Shown here one piece after another: positions 1 through 9,711 of a stretch of 64,000 nt of DNA. The notes below the pieces were generated by a model. That model searched no databases. It was not told the DNA's origin and saw only the letters and a list, made by a program, of their open reading frames with translations. How positions within the stretch are numbered: position 1 is the stretch's first letter; each line of letters starts with the position of its first letter. Made by a program: the position numbers and the translations under genes. Source of the DNA: a virus; IMG/VR virus record IMGVR_UViG_3300029258_004576, one strand, 5' to 3'.

Positions 1-108
1 TCCAAGTGCCGTAATGAGAAAGTTGCAGGCACGGTAATAACTATTTGAATGTTCCACACTTTCGCCTCGCTGTCCCCAGAATTCAACATCAAACCTCCAG
101 CCCCAAAA

Positions 109-630
109 TTATTCTTTCTTTGTTTTTGCCAATAAAATCAGTTCAAATTTCTTCTCCAAGTGAGATTGTGTCAATTGTATGTCTTTTATAATCTCTGATA
201 TTTCTTCGATTGATTTGTGAGCAGCTACAGCTCTTTCGTTTATCGACGAATACTGCCAAATAGCCGCTCCTCCTACCGCTATGACAAAAATGAAAACTTC
301 TATCACTATCCTACGGAAAGAACTCGACCACCCTTGGACAGACTTTCGAATGGCGCTCAATTCTTCTCGCAATTCGCGTTGCTGCTCTTTGATCGAGCCT
401 ACCTGAGCTGGTTTAGGCACGTTACTAACCTTCCTCTTCGTCTCGTCTTGAGCCTTGATAGAAGCACGCTGAATTTCTCTTATGCTGTGGAGTTCCGATT
501 TGACCCACTCGATATTCGCTTTTTTTGTCAACTCATCCCACACGAGCTTATTGACATCTATCGACTCACTGATACCCGCAATACGATTTGTAACACGATT
601 TTCCTCCCCCCTCCTTCGCTTGCCAGTCAT
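109..630 (-). CDS. Hypothetical membrane protein with coiled coil
   Basis: 173 aa; AAGGAGA RBS upstream; heptad-rich segments flank one hydrophobic helix (IVIEVFIFVIAVGGAAIW). Confidence 0.6.
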   Translation of the reverse strand: MTGKRRRGEENRVTNRIAGISESIDVNKLVWDELTKKANIEWVKSELHSIREIQRASIKAQDETKRKVSNVPKPAQVGSIKEQQRELREELSAIRKSVQGWSSSFRRIVIEVFIFVIAVGGAAIWQYSSINERAVAAHKSIEEISEIIKDIQLTQSHLEKKFELILLAKTKKE

Positions 631-752
631 CGACCCTATTCTCCTTATCTAAGTTGTTCGTGATCCATAACACCACGGTATCACAAGACAACACTCTGAC
701 TAAAGCTATCGCTAGTTTTTAGGACGAAATAGCACCAACACGATGCCAAAAC

Positions 753-789
753 TTAGACATTTTTAGACATTTTTTTAGACATTAGACAT
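753..789. repeat. Four direct copies of TTAGACAT (ATGTCTAA on minus)
   Basis: Copies at 753-760, 763-770, 775-782 and 782-789; mostly T-run spacers; the last copy overlaps the stop of 782..1123. Confidence 0.75.
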
Positions 790-1123
790 TCGGCAACTGA
801 CCAATCTTTTCACTCCCCAACCACCACCAACAGAGTAACCCTCCCAAAGTGTTGGCTACCATGTCTCTCCATGACGCTCCTCCTCGAAACATGCCATCCC
901 ATACAATCTCCCACGGTATCATCATAAGCGACCACGAGATGGCTAAGGCCCAATGTCGGTTAAGCCAATTTGAAAACAACCAACATAAACCGAATACACA
1001 AAGAAAATGCGCCAGCTTATCAGGTACGACAAAATTCAAACGAGCTGGCAACCCCCACTCGTCACAACGGATCATCTCCCACCACCAAATATCGTTCTCC
1101 CACCTGAACCCCTTGTAACTCAT
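782..1123 (-). CDS. VanZ-like membrane protein
   Basis: DKLAHFLCVFGLCWLF start motif, three hydrophobic helices and DMVANTLGG, typical of the VanZ-like family. Confidence 0.65.
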   Translation of the reverse strand: MSYKGFRWENDIWWWEMIRCDEWGLPARLNFVVPDKLAHFLCVFGLCWLFSNWLNRHWALAISWSLMMIPWEIVWDGMFRGGASWRDMVANTLGGLLCWWWLGSEKIGQLPNV

Positions 1124-1638
1124 GGACTACTCCAAACTCGTTGAAAGTTACCTGTATCCTTCTCGCAAAATCGATACAACCTCTCCGGTGACGACAACTC
1201 CGGATCCCAGCCCTCTGCACCGGCCAGGTGCGATCCTTTGAAAAATCGGGCCACAAACTCAGAACAAAATTGAGATTTTGACGACCGCAAAGGATGTTTC
1301 AATTTAGCCGAAAACCACCGCTTGACGTAAATAACCAGCCCAAAAAAACCTACACCAAAATAATCGTAATCTTCCCCCAGGTATTTAGACACAGCCGCCA
1401 GACCGGCTTGTGTGTCGAACTTACAATAAAATTCAGCACAGACATCATGCCGAGCCTTCCTGGCCACGACCTTCCTCACACCGTTCTCTCTCGTTGCCTC
1501 AGCCGCCCAACGCCCTCCCCATAAATCAGAGGGATACTCGATATACACATGACTCACATGTGAACGTGTGACGTATTGAACTATACGACTCGACAACTTG
1601 GTGGGAGCTGTGAACACAATGCGGACGTCCCGTATCAT
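1120..1638 (-). CDS. Permuted papain-like NlpC/P60 enzyme (YiiX/YaeF-like)
   Basis: His motif SHVSHV precedes G-x-D-Y-D and the Cys motif FCSEFVA (permuted order). Start moved to MIRDVR at 1638, an ATGA overlap with the upstream stop. Confidence 0.75.
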   Translation of the reverse strand: MIRDVRIVFTAPTKLSSRIVQYVTRSHVSHVYIEYPSDLWGGRWAAEATRENGVRKVVARKARHDVCAEFYCKFDTQAGLAAVSKYLGEDYDYFGVGFFGLVIYVKRWFSAKLKHPLRSSKSQFCSEFVARFFKGSHLAGAEGWDPELSSPERLYRFCEKDTGNFQRVWSSP

Positions 1639-2360
1639 CCCACCCCCCTGTAAAGCGTAGCTCCCAATTCCAAACTTTTCGCCGTAGAATTGTAAACAGT
1701 CAGCTTTATTTCCCAGTGCGGCAAACATAAATATGGCTTGATTGCTGGTACTGTAAACAACTCTACACTGTCTCCAACAAGAACCACCTTATTTACAAAA
1801 ACATGAAGTGGCACCTTGAAGTCAAACAGATTGTACTTACCAGTCTGTGTCGGATTCAACGTAACAACACCTGTGCTTTTGTCGTAATTGAAAAAACCAT
1901 CCTGAGCAGTAGCCGGTATCGGTACAACCTTGGTAAAACTCACATTCTCGTTCAGCTTTTCCGATAAATTCAAGTCCCAATCGCCAGTCTGAGTAGCATT
2001 TGGGATGTACATGTTCATGCCAGCACCAATAGGATATTTGTCATAAACACCCGCACCTTCATTACTCGTACCAGCCGTAGCAGGACCAAAAAGAGCCAAG
2101 CTAACCCAATCACCAAACACCGCCCCTTTCCAAACAGCAGCCCCACCACCGAGGTAAAATTGCCTAATAAACCTGATCGTCTGAGACGCTTCCTCTGTTT
2201 CCGATGACGAAATACCGATCAAATCACCGCCGCTCTCTACACCGTTTTCCACGTCGTCATATATCCCAGTAAACTGTGTCAGGTGCCCCGACGGAAACAT
2301 GTTTGGCGCATAATACGGTCTGTTGTCTTCTCCTACCGGCGCTCTACGTAAATCAACCAC
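1635..2360 (-). CDS. Hypothetical beta-rich protein, probably virion-associated
   Basis: 241 aa, coupled overlaps at both ends, Gly/Thr/aromatic beta-strand composition. Confidence 0.6.
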   Translation of the reverse strand: MVDLRRAPVGEDNRPYYAPNMFPSGHLTQFTGIYDDVENGVESGGDLIGISSSETEEASQTIRFIRQFYLGGGAAVWKGAVFGDWVSLALFGPATAGTSNEGAGVYDKYPIGAGMNMYIPNATQTGDWDLNLSEKLNENVSFTKVVPIPATAQDGFFNYDKSTGVVTLNPTQTGKYNLFDFKVPLHVFVNKVVLVGDSVELFTVPAIKPYLCLPHWEIKLTVYNSTAKSLELGATLYRGVG

Positions 2361-3363
2361 CTATCACCTCCACCCCGTAATGAGCATACGCCCGAATGTT
2401 GTCAATGCTCGACAAATCATCCCGCACAACAAATTCCAAAACCTGCGTATCGGTGATCTCTATAGACGCCTTACCAGGCTTGACCATGAAACCAACCATC
2501 ATTTTGCCGTTATTGAAAATGAAATTCTCCTGCGGATGATACCTTCCAAATAAATCGATGTTGTCTCTAGAATTGAAACTCCACAAGATATTGTCTTCTT
2601 CCAACTCGGTATCCCGCTGTCGTAACAATAAACCATTTGTCAACGCTGTGATATTTGTAAACGTATCGTCATCCCACCCGGTCTCTACCTCTGAGATCAT
2701 CAACACCAACATCGAAATATGATAAACCGTGCTCGCATCAGGTGCCACAACTTGAAATATGTAAGGCCCTCCACCACCAGCCGGATACAAACCAAATTCG
2801 TCAAACCAAAATTGTTGCCCTGCTTCCTTTTTGTACTTTAACTCCAACTTTTGAATGTTACCACTAAGCCCAAAATCAGAAATCGGAATCACCACCTGCT
2901 GCCAAATATCAATATCATAACTCGTAATGTAAGCATCGACATCAAGCTCGCTGCCCACCCTACTATCACTCGCATTCAGCCAAGTAACCAACAACTTTGA
3001 ACCACTTGGAAACGCTTTTGTATTCAACCAAAATTTCAAGCTGTTATAACTTCCACCAACGTCGATCATGGACCCGTTATCAAACACCGTAGTGACGTCT
3101 TTACCCGCAACTCCAGAATCCCAACCATACGTGCCAGCATGTGCTGATCCTGTCGTCGCAGAACCTGTACCGCTTACCGTCCAGTAACTCCCATCACCAT
3201 CCCAAATATTCGTCACTGTCCCAACAGGAATGCCGTTTACGTTCATGGGTTCAGTACCGTTATCGGTACGCTTGAATGATTGTTGCCCAAGCCTTAAAAG
3301 ACGATCAGCCGTAAGCGGAGTGTTATCTAGAGCACGAGTAATTTTTGGTTCTGTTAATTGCAT
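2353..3363 (-). CDS. Accessory protein with a galactose-binding-like (CBM-type) jelly-roll and a shared C-terminal domain
   Basis: Central YNSLKFW...WQQVVIPISDF...FWFDEF pattern; C-terminus (ITALTNG...VRDDLSS) is paralogous to 3752..5371. Confidence 0.6.
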   Translation of the reverse strand: MQLTEPKITRALDNTPLTADRLLRLGQQSFKRTDNGTEPMNVNGIPVGTVTNIWDGDGSYWTVSGTGSATTGSAHAGTYGWDSGVAGKDVTTVFDNGSMIDVGGSYNSLKFWLNTKAFPSGSKLLVTWLNASDSRVGSELDVDAYITSYDIDIWQQVVIPISDFGLSGNIQKLELKYKKEAGQQFWFDEFGLYPAGGGGPYIFQVVAPDASTVYHISMLVLMISEVETGWDDDTFTNITALTNGLLLRQRDTELEEDNILWSFNSRDNIDLFGRYHPQENFIFNNGKMMVGFMVKPGKASIEITDTQVLEFVVRDDLSSIDNIRAYAHYGVEVIGG

Positions 3364-3755
3364 TGCCCGGTCTCCCCAACAGCAAATAATCGTCCCTTGT
3401 TCCCCTTATGAGGAATCAGTAAAACAGGAAATTTCACATTGTATTTCTCGATAATCAACTGAATACGCTCCTCTTCAATCGCACCTTCCCACACCTCGTA
3501 AAAATACATCCCAATACCGTGATCTGTCGGCCCCCCCGCAGCTACCACACCACACCGATCTGGACGCATACTCAATTCCTTAAACCCAGTGCCCTCACTC
3601 AACCAAGTGCAACGAAAAGTACGACAACTCTCGGGACGCTCTGCGTATATATTGCACCCAATGCAAATATGCTCACACGCATCGTTAGTCTTTTTATCGT
3701 ATTCAGGTACTGCCAACGACGTACAACACGCCGTGCACCCATCACAATTTCTCAT
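3354..3755 (-). CDS. YkgJ-family (CxxCxxCC) cysteine-cluster protein, copy 2
   Basis: CDGCTACC...CEHI...CNIYAERPESCRTFRCTW. Confidence 0.8.
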   Translation of the reverse strand: MRNCDGCTACCTSLAVPEYDKKTNDACEHICIGCNIYAERPESCRTFRCTWLSEGTGFKELSMRPDRCGVVAAGGPTDHGIGMYFYEVWEGAIEEERIQLIIEKYNVKFPVLLIPHKGNKGRLFAVGETGQCN

Positions 3756-5371
3756 GTGAGATAACCCTCTGCCAAAACATCAAAATTCGTAAGCGAGGAC
3801 AGATCATCCCTTACAATAATCTGAATCTTGTCCACACTCCCAGGTCGTAACGGTATCCCAGGCTCTAACAAAAAATCAGCATGAATCAAATCTTCGCCAC
3901 CTGTGTAAGCATCGACAATCAGCTGGCCACCATCACGCGCTCTCGCCAATAATTCCGAGTTGGTCTTAAACGTAAACCACTCTCTCAAGGGTTCACCTGA
4001 ATTCTCAACCTTGACAATCACTCCATTTGTCAACGCGGTAATCCCACCGAACTTGTTCAACGCCATATCAGAATCTCGTATGGAATAGATCAGCCGTGTG
4101 ACCGTAAACACTCGCGAGGCATGTTGTTCAATCCGAAATACTTGCTCAGTCGTCGATCCATCTACTGCCAAATTGACAGCACCTGTGGCTGGCGAGCCCG
4201 TCACCTCGTCAGTTGGAAAATCTAAATCAGTATTTGCTGCGCCACCTGTCACTTCTAACGTTGCAGAATCACCGATGTCTTGTGTCTCTATTACGACGTC
4301 TCCATTGTCCACATACGCATAAATATCGGTAAGCTGCGCATTCAATTCGACCACTACGTCATCTGCCGAATAATCATCCCCCGACTCACCCGATACCTCA
4401 GTACCACCATTAGCGACACCAAGCTTCAAGTTATCAGCCATATTGTCTTTGCCAGAATTAACAATGACCACCGACGAACTGCTGCCTGTCGAGCCACTAG
4501 TGACAACATATCGCCCTGGAGTCGTATCATTGTAATCGCAAGTAGCACTGCTCCCGTTCGGAACGTCGGATTGAATTTCATCTTCAATCCTTGACGCAAT
4601 ATCAGGCCCACCAACTCGATCTTTCCCAATATCAATTTCTGTTGATGCACCACCATCGATACTGACTTTCATTTTACGGCTACCACCAAGATCAACCGAT
4701 GGATCAGCACCAGACGTCGACGTACCAGCTGATTCTGCTGAAGTTGGGAAATTACAAGTCTGAGAATCTCCGTTGATGTCGATATTTAACGTTTCACCGC
4801 CAACAGCAAAAGGTGCCGTGCCTTCTGACGTCAACACCGCTGGAAGCCCAGCTGAATTAGCTTTTACTGCGCGAAATCCTCGATCAGACAAAGGCTCTAC
4901 ATCTACCAGCAAACGTCCAGCACTATTGATCGACAACGGAACAAGCTCTGCCGGTGATGGCGAGGCACGAAGCAATACACGGGCCGTACCACTAGTCCAC
5001 GATTCGGCACGCACGCGGACAGACTGAAATGCTCCACAAGCCGCCCGGAATGATCCGTTCACCAACGTGCTGATAACCAATGTAGAACCAGGAGCTGTCG
5101 GGAAACAGATCAAATCCGTCCAATCATACCCATTTATCGTGCTCTCAAAAACAATATTGCCAACCCATTCGCCAGTAATTTGAAAACCCGCAACACTCTT
5201 CCCGTTTGTCGATAACTCAATTGCAGAAATCTTCTTTATATCTCCAGATTTACTACGATCCCAAGGCCCTTCGATGGACACAGCAAGTTCTGGCCTACCT
5301 CCACCTACCGGAGTCACGCTGGCAGTGCATCCGCTTCCAGCCCCGTCTTTTATGTGCACATCAACAGGCAT
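3752..5371 (-). CDS. Accessory multi-domain protein, probably virion-associated
   Basis: 539 aa. N-terminal IKDGAGSG motif; central KVSIDGG...IASRI segment resembles the sheath IKIDGG...IAAAI insertion; C-terminal ITALTNG...VRDDLSS domain. Confidence 0.6.
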   Translation of the reverse strand: MPVDVHIKDGAGSGCTASVTPVGGGRPELAVSIEGPWDRSKSGDIKKISAIELSTNGKSVAGFQITGEWVGNIVFESTINGYDWTDLICFPTAPGSTLVISTLVNGSFRAACGAFQSVRVRAESWTSGTARVLLRASPSPAELVPLSINSAGRLLVDVEPLSDRGFRAVKANSAGLPAVLTSEGTAPFAVGGETLNIDINGDSQTCNFPTSAESAGTSTSGADPSVDLGGSRKMKVSIDGGASTEIDIGKDRVGGPDIASRIEDEIQSDVPNGSSATCDYNDTTPGRYVVTSGSTGSSSSVVIVNSGKDNMADNLKLGVANGGTEVSGESGDDYSADDVVVELNAQLTDIYAYVDNGDVVIETQDIGDSATLEVTGGAANTDLDFPTDEVTGSPATGAVNLAVDGSTTEQVFRIEQHASRVFTVTRLIYSIRDSDMALNKFGGITALTNGVIVKVENSGEPLREWFTFKTNSELLARARDGGQLIVDAYTGGEDLIHADFLLEPGIPLRPGSVDKIQIIVRDDLSSLTNFDVLAEGYLT

Positions 5372-5374
5372 TTT

Positions 5375-5953
5375 TTATTTCGACTCCTCAGCCTCAAAAA
5401 AGAAAATCGAAGCAGTAACCAAATCCCCATCTATCCCCTCTGCCGTCATGCCAAATGTATCTCCAGGCCCCAAAACCAACGCACCATCTGACTCAAAAAA
5501 CGCCGTGCCAGTGGCACCAAGACGAAATTCTGCGAATTCCTTCGCCGCTGTCAACGTCAACGAAAGATCATTTGATGAATTATCATACAAATCGGCATCT
5601 GCCGCCTTCGCTTTTTGCCGATTCAATTGCACCGCCTCTTTTTCAGTCCCCCCGCTGACTCGAACAGGATCGAAATAACTAATAACTAAGAGACCAGCCG
5701 CTGTGACCTTTGCCGCAAGACGGATGCTGTGCAAGTGTATACACTTGGCGTCATTGTTGTTCTTGATATACAACAAATTTTCTTCAGTGGAATCGGCTTG
5801 GATCGTATGCCTTGCGACAACAGAAAAGGCACCTCCGCTACGTGCTATGTCTGAAATCTCCGTGAGCGTAACAGCCGAAACCTCAAGACGATTCAACTCG
5901 TTTACTTTCGCAGTCCGACCACGACCAGTGCCATCTTCAATACGAAACCCCAT
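5375..5953 (-). CDS. Hypothetical protein, DGxGxG-leader family
   Basis: Starts MGFRIEDGTGRGRTAKVNELNRLEV; paralogous N-terminus to 5963..6562. Confidence 0.65.
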   Translation of the reverse strand: MGFRIEDGTGRGRTAKVNELNRLEVSAVTLTEISDIARSGGAFSVVARHTIQADSTEENLLYIKNNNDAKCIHLHSIRLAAKVTAAGLLVISYFDPVRVSGGTEKEAVQLNRQKAKAADADLYDNSSNDLSLTLTAAKEFAEFRLGATGTAFFESDGALVLGPGDTFGMTAEGIDGDLVTASIFFFEAEESK

Positions 5954-5962
5954 TTGTTCCTC

Positions 5963-6562
5963 CTAACCGTCTACTTCTGGATCAAACAAATATAAATACC
6001 CAGAAAAAGACATCCGGCCTGTTTCTGGCGCTTTGACGTTAACTGATAATGTCATCCCTGACCCAACGATCATCTTCCCCTCAACTAGAGATGACGTATA
6101 ACCAGGAGCTGCCTGTAATCTTCCTGCTGCTGCACCTGGCGTATGCCCAGTCATACCGCTTCCTGTTGTACCGTCCCAAACTAACAACGTCGCATCTAAT
6201 TCGTTAGTGCTCAAGGAGTTTGTATTTGCTGCTGCCCAAGCAGCAGTACCTGTTGTCGGCGCACTGTCACCAAGTATATATTCAACTTCCAAAGGTTTAT
6301 TATAGTTGGTACTTCCACCATCCCAAGCAATCATCAGTTGTTCTATTACCAAATATTTGACAGGATCTGAAAACAACATCCAAATAAGCCTACCACCAGT
6401 GGAATCTATATTTCTCCACGGTGTAGAGACCAAAAAAACTTCTCCCCTAACGCATTTCAATGCTGCATGAGGAATCGCCCTGGATTGCACCTGAAGCTCT
6501 TGACGTTGGTTGACCTTGGCGTTAAAACCTTTCCCCGAACCGTCTATAATAATACCGCTCAT
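5963..6562 (-). CDS. Hypothetical protein, DGxGxG-leader family
   Basis: Starts MSGIIIDGSGKGFNAKVNQRQELQV. Confidence 0.65.
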   Translation of the reverse strand: MSGIIIDGSGKGFNAKVNQRQELQVQSRAIPHAALKCVRGEVFLVSTPWRNIDSTGGRLIWMLFSDPVKYLVIEQLMIAWDGGSTNYNKPLEVEYILGDSAPTTGTAAWAAANTNSLSTNELDATLLVWDGTTGSGMTGHTPGAAAGRLQAAPGYTSSLVEGKMIVGSGMTLSVNVKAPETGRMSFSGYLYLFDPEVDG

Positions 6563-6771
6563 TCTTGTCCCTCCAAGTCGTTTTCGCTCACGTTCAATCC
6601 AGTGATAATTTTCAACTGGAAATTCATCTTACGCAATTCTTGTTTTATGTCTCTCAATAAACGAATCATATCAACTGACTGAATAGCGATAGACTGAACT
6701 CCAGCCTTTTCGTAAACGGTTATCTCTTCGCCGTCAGCCGTGTATAAAACCCGTGCAATTCCATCTACCAT
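6559..6771 (-). CDS. Small coiled-coil protein
   Basis: LLRDIKQELRKMNFQLKIITG heptad; overlaps both neighbours. Confidence 0.6.
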   Translation of the reverse strand: MVDGIARVLYTADGEEITVYEKAGVQSIAIQSVDMIRLLRDIKQELRKMNFQLKIITGLNVSENDLEGQE

Positions 6772-7166
6772 TACGCTTCTCCAGCCTTGAGCAGTCCGCC
6801 CCTGTTCCCCGTGTGAGAAACTAGCAAAATAGGGAACCTGAGATTGTATATTCTCATAATCGATTGGATTCTATCCTCGTCCGTTGCGCCTTTCCAGACT
6901 GAATAAAAATACACGCCCCTGCCGTGCTCCGTCGGACCAACTGCCGCTACCACACCGCATCGATCTGGACGCATACTCTCATCTTTGAATCCCGTCATTT
7001 TCGACAGCCAAGCACACTGAAAAGCACGGCAACTTTCTGGACGAGTTTCATGTATCCCGCAGCCCTCCCGGAGATGCTCGCACGGCTCATTCGTTGCCTT
7101 GTTAAACTCTGGCAAAGCAACTGACTTGCAGCACGCAGTGCATTCGCCACAGATTCTCACAGACAT
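6771..7166 (-). CDS. YkgJ-family (CxxCxxCC) cysteine-cluster protein, copy 1
   Basis: CGECTACC...CEHL...CGIHETRPESCRAFQCAW; clear paralog of 3354..3755. Confidence 0.8.
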   Translation of the reverse strand: MSVRICGECTACCKSVALPEFNKATNEPCEHLREGCGIHETRPESCRAFQCAWLSKMTGFKDESMRPDRCGVVAAVGPTEHGRGVYFYSVWKGATDEDRIQSIMRIYNLRFPILLVSHTGNRGGLLKAGEA

Positions 7167-7174
7167 TTCCTCAC

Positions 7175-7747
7175 CTACTCAATCGTTATCGTTCTCGTTC
7201 TGCTTGTCTCGAAAATACCCGAATAAGTAATCGCATCTGATACCGTCACTAATAAAGTACTGCCGTCTTCGTCGTACATTTTCCACTCAATCGTCGTCGG
7301 AGTCACACCAGACCATGTAATATTCTTCTCAACTATTTTTTCAGTTTTCCCACTATCTGTATACCAAATGATCGAAGTCGGAAAGACTGTCCCCGTAACT
7401 TCTCTGTACGCCCCACTGGTAAACCCCTCAGCCGGACCATCGTCGATGAAATGAATCAACTGTCTCAATATCCGGTGAGAGTTTTCAGTCAACCCACCAC
7501 TGCCGCTCAATAACTCAGTCAGTGTTTTCGTGCCGCTTACAACACCGTCCTCAAACGTCATGTTGTTCGAAGCATCCCTGGAAACAACCACTACCTCATC
7601 GTCCGAAGTATCATTTTGCAACAAGACACCACGAACCTCTACCCCATCTTCGTTAGGATTCATGTCATGCGGATAGACATTATCCTGAGAACCACCCCCA
7701 GAAATACTCTCTATCTTTAGTGGACGAATTCTATCCATAGACCTCAA
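7175..7747 (-). CDS. Hypothetical virion-associated protein
   Basis: 190 aa beta-rich ORF inside the operon; may start at ATG 7738. Confidence 0.55.
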   Translation of the reverse strand: MRSMDRIRPLKIESISGGGSQDNVYPHDMNPNEDGVEVRGVLLQNDTSDDEVVVVSRDASNNMTFEDGVVSGTKTLTELLSGSGGLTENSHRILRQLIHFIDDGPAEGFTSGAYREVTGTVFPTSIIWYTDSGKTEKIVEKNITWSGVTPTTIEWKMYDEDGSTLLVTVSDAITYSGIFETSRTRTITIE

Positions 7748-7778
7748 AGACGAAGCCCCGGAGAGAATTCTCCGGAGC
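7745..7778 (-). terminator. Stem-loop, weak intrinsic terminator or attenuator
   Basis: Minus strand GCTCCGGAGA-ATTC-TCTCCGGGGC (10-bp stem with one G-U pair) followed by TTCGTCTTT, just after the 7795..9657 stop. Confidence 0.55.
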
Positions 7779-7794
7779 CTGTCCTCCTAAGTTA

Positions 7795-9657
7795 CTATGC
7801 GAACCGTTTGTGCAGAATCCTCGGCATGACGAACAAAGTATTTGCATCCAGCGCAAACCCCATGACGACAACCCAGTTTCCAGCTGCCGGAACCGTAGTA
7901 GTCAATCCACCGCCCGCTGCCATGTAATACCTGTCTCCAGCTGTCGCGCCAGTAATAACATCGCAAGGGCCAAATGAAACGACGTCTACAGGATTGGTGG
8001 CCGTGATTGTCGCCTTGGCTACACCAATTGTTTCGTACTTGCTGTCGTTACTGGCATCTGCCTTGGACACAGCGTTACCATTGGTATCAACGTATACCGG
8101 GTCGCCAATGGTTACATTCTCAGTTGCCGTCAGCGAATTCTCAATCGCTTTCGCCTCGTCGACACCTGCGTGAGTATGCATCGCATCTGCATTCGACCCA
8201 TCGGTTACCGTGTCGAGATTGGCCGCTGTTACCGTCGCGCCAACTGCTGTGTCGTTGATCTTGAATGTAGAAGGAAGACCGACGACTTTGAGCCCGTCTG
8301 CGTCAACATCCAAGGTATCGGGAGTGTCGTCGATCTTGATCTGAAGACCAGTCGCCGCCTTCTCAACACCACCAGCTGCCACAACCTTGGCTTCGAGATC
8401 TCCAGACCCGTCGAAACCAACGCCTGGATTGGTAGCGCCAATGTCAATCGCGATACCATTTGCCGTTATCTCAATACCAGCCGTGGTATCCGCCTTCGCT
8501 TCGAGATCGCCGCTGCCGTCGAAACCAACACCAGGATTAGACGCAGCAATATCGATTCCGAAACCATTCGCGCCAAGCTCCATACCCGCTGTGGTGTCGG
8601 CAACACCCTGAAGATCGCCATTTCCGTCAAACCCTAGCCCTGTGTTGGCCGCTACTGAAATCTTCGCGATACCAGTGTTGACCAAAAGACCAAAGTCTCT
8701 GTCGAAGGTGACCTTACCCTTGACTCCACCACCCGATGCAGACGTCGCGTCCGGAAGAGATGCAGAACCGGACATCACGTTCCATTGCTCAGCATCATCG
8801 TCCCATCCGTAAATGGTGTCATTGTCTTCAACATAGTGAAGCTCACCAGGTGACAAGGAAGCCTGAGTCCTGCGAATACCAAAGTTGGTAGCCGCTGGAT
8901 CGGAAGTAGGAAGTGCTGTCGTCGTCTTCTTGCTGTACTGCGTTTCTTCAGTGTAATCGACGATCTGACAATTCGCCTGAGTTGTCCAGGTACCGTAAAT
9001 CTCAGAAGCTGCACCGTCGTTGTCTTCCTCTGTGATAACCACAACACCGTCAGCATCAATCGAGTCCAGATCCGTCGTGAATGTCGCACCCCAAGCACCA
9101 GAACCGTCGCCGTCAATCGCAGTAGCCAGGTTCTGCATGGTGTCTGCTACGGTAGCACCGATGGTGTACTGTACATCGCCACCTGTGCCAGCACCGTACG
9201 TCCTGGTGGTCGTGCCATCTGTCAACGTAATCGTATCGCCCGAGGCTGGATTCGTTGCGATGGTCAATGCCGAAGATGCCAACACACCTTCCGTATCGTC
9301 AACCTGATCTTCATGGAGCAACAGCTCCTTGATTGTCCCACCTGTGATAACCGCCTGCTCAAGCTGTGACAGATTCACAGCGTGATGCGACACCGTGCCG
9401 TCTGCTACGTTGGTTATCTGCTGGTTGTTCATATCTAGTTCGCTGGTGTCGATACTCAAGCCAGCTAGAGACGCGCCACTCTGACCATAGGCCAAAGCTT
9501 CTCCAGAAGCATCACCACCAGTCAAACCAGTTATTTGATTCGTCCCCATGGTAATGTTCCCGCTCATCGCGAGCCCACCAAGAGCTATGTCATCAGCGGG
9601 ATCTTGCTCTCGATGATAACCGTTACTATCACCATACAAAAATTTCCTCGTGGCCAT
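7795..9657 (-). CDS. Fibre or decoration protein with shaft repeats and a C-terminal DUF2190/cement-like domain
   Basis: ~36-aa repeats (GVGFDGSGDLEAK); C-terminal IGDPVYV...KADAS...IGVA...GDRYY...GG.LTTT...MGFA pattern. Confidence 0.6.
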   Translation of the reverse strand: MATRKFLYGDSNGYHREQDPADDIALGGLAMSGNITMGTNQITGLTGGDASGEALAYGQSGASLAGLSIDTSELDMNNQQITNVADGTVSHHAVNLSQLEQAVITGGTIKELLLHEDQVDDTEGVLASSALTIATNPASGDTITLTDGTTTRTYGAGTGGDVQYTIGATVADTMQNLATAIDGDGSGAWGATFTTDLDSIDADGVVVITEEDNDGAASEIYGTWTTQANCQIVDYTEETQYSKKTTTALPTSDPAATNFGIRRTQASLSPGELHYVEDNDTIYGWDDDAEQWNVMSGSASLPDATSASGGGVKGKVTFDRDFGLLVNTGIAKISVAANTGLGFDGNGDLQGVADTTAGMELGANGFGIDIAASNPGVGFDGSGDLEAKADTTAGIEITANGIAIDIGATNPGVGFDGSGDLEAKVVAAGGVEKAATGLQIKIDDTPDTLDVDADGLKVVGLPSTFKINDTAVGATVTAANLDTVTDGSNADAMHTHAGVDEAKAIENSLTATENVTIGDPVYVDTNGNAVSKADASNDSKYETIGVAKATITATNPVDVVSFGPCDVITGATAGDRYYMAAGGGLTTTVPAAGNWVVVMGFALDANTLFVMPRILHKRFA

Positions 9658-9711
9658 GCTTCTTTCTCCTTCTCTAAATATGCTTCTCGCATACCAGAAA
9701 TTCTACTGTTC

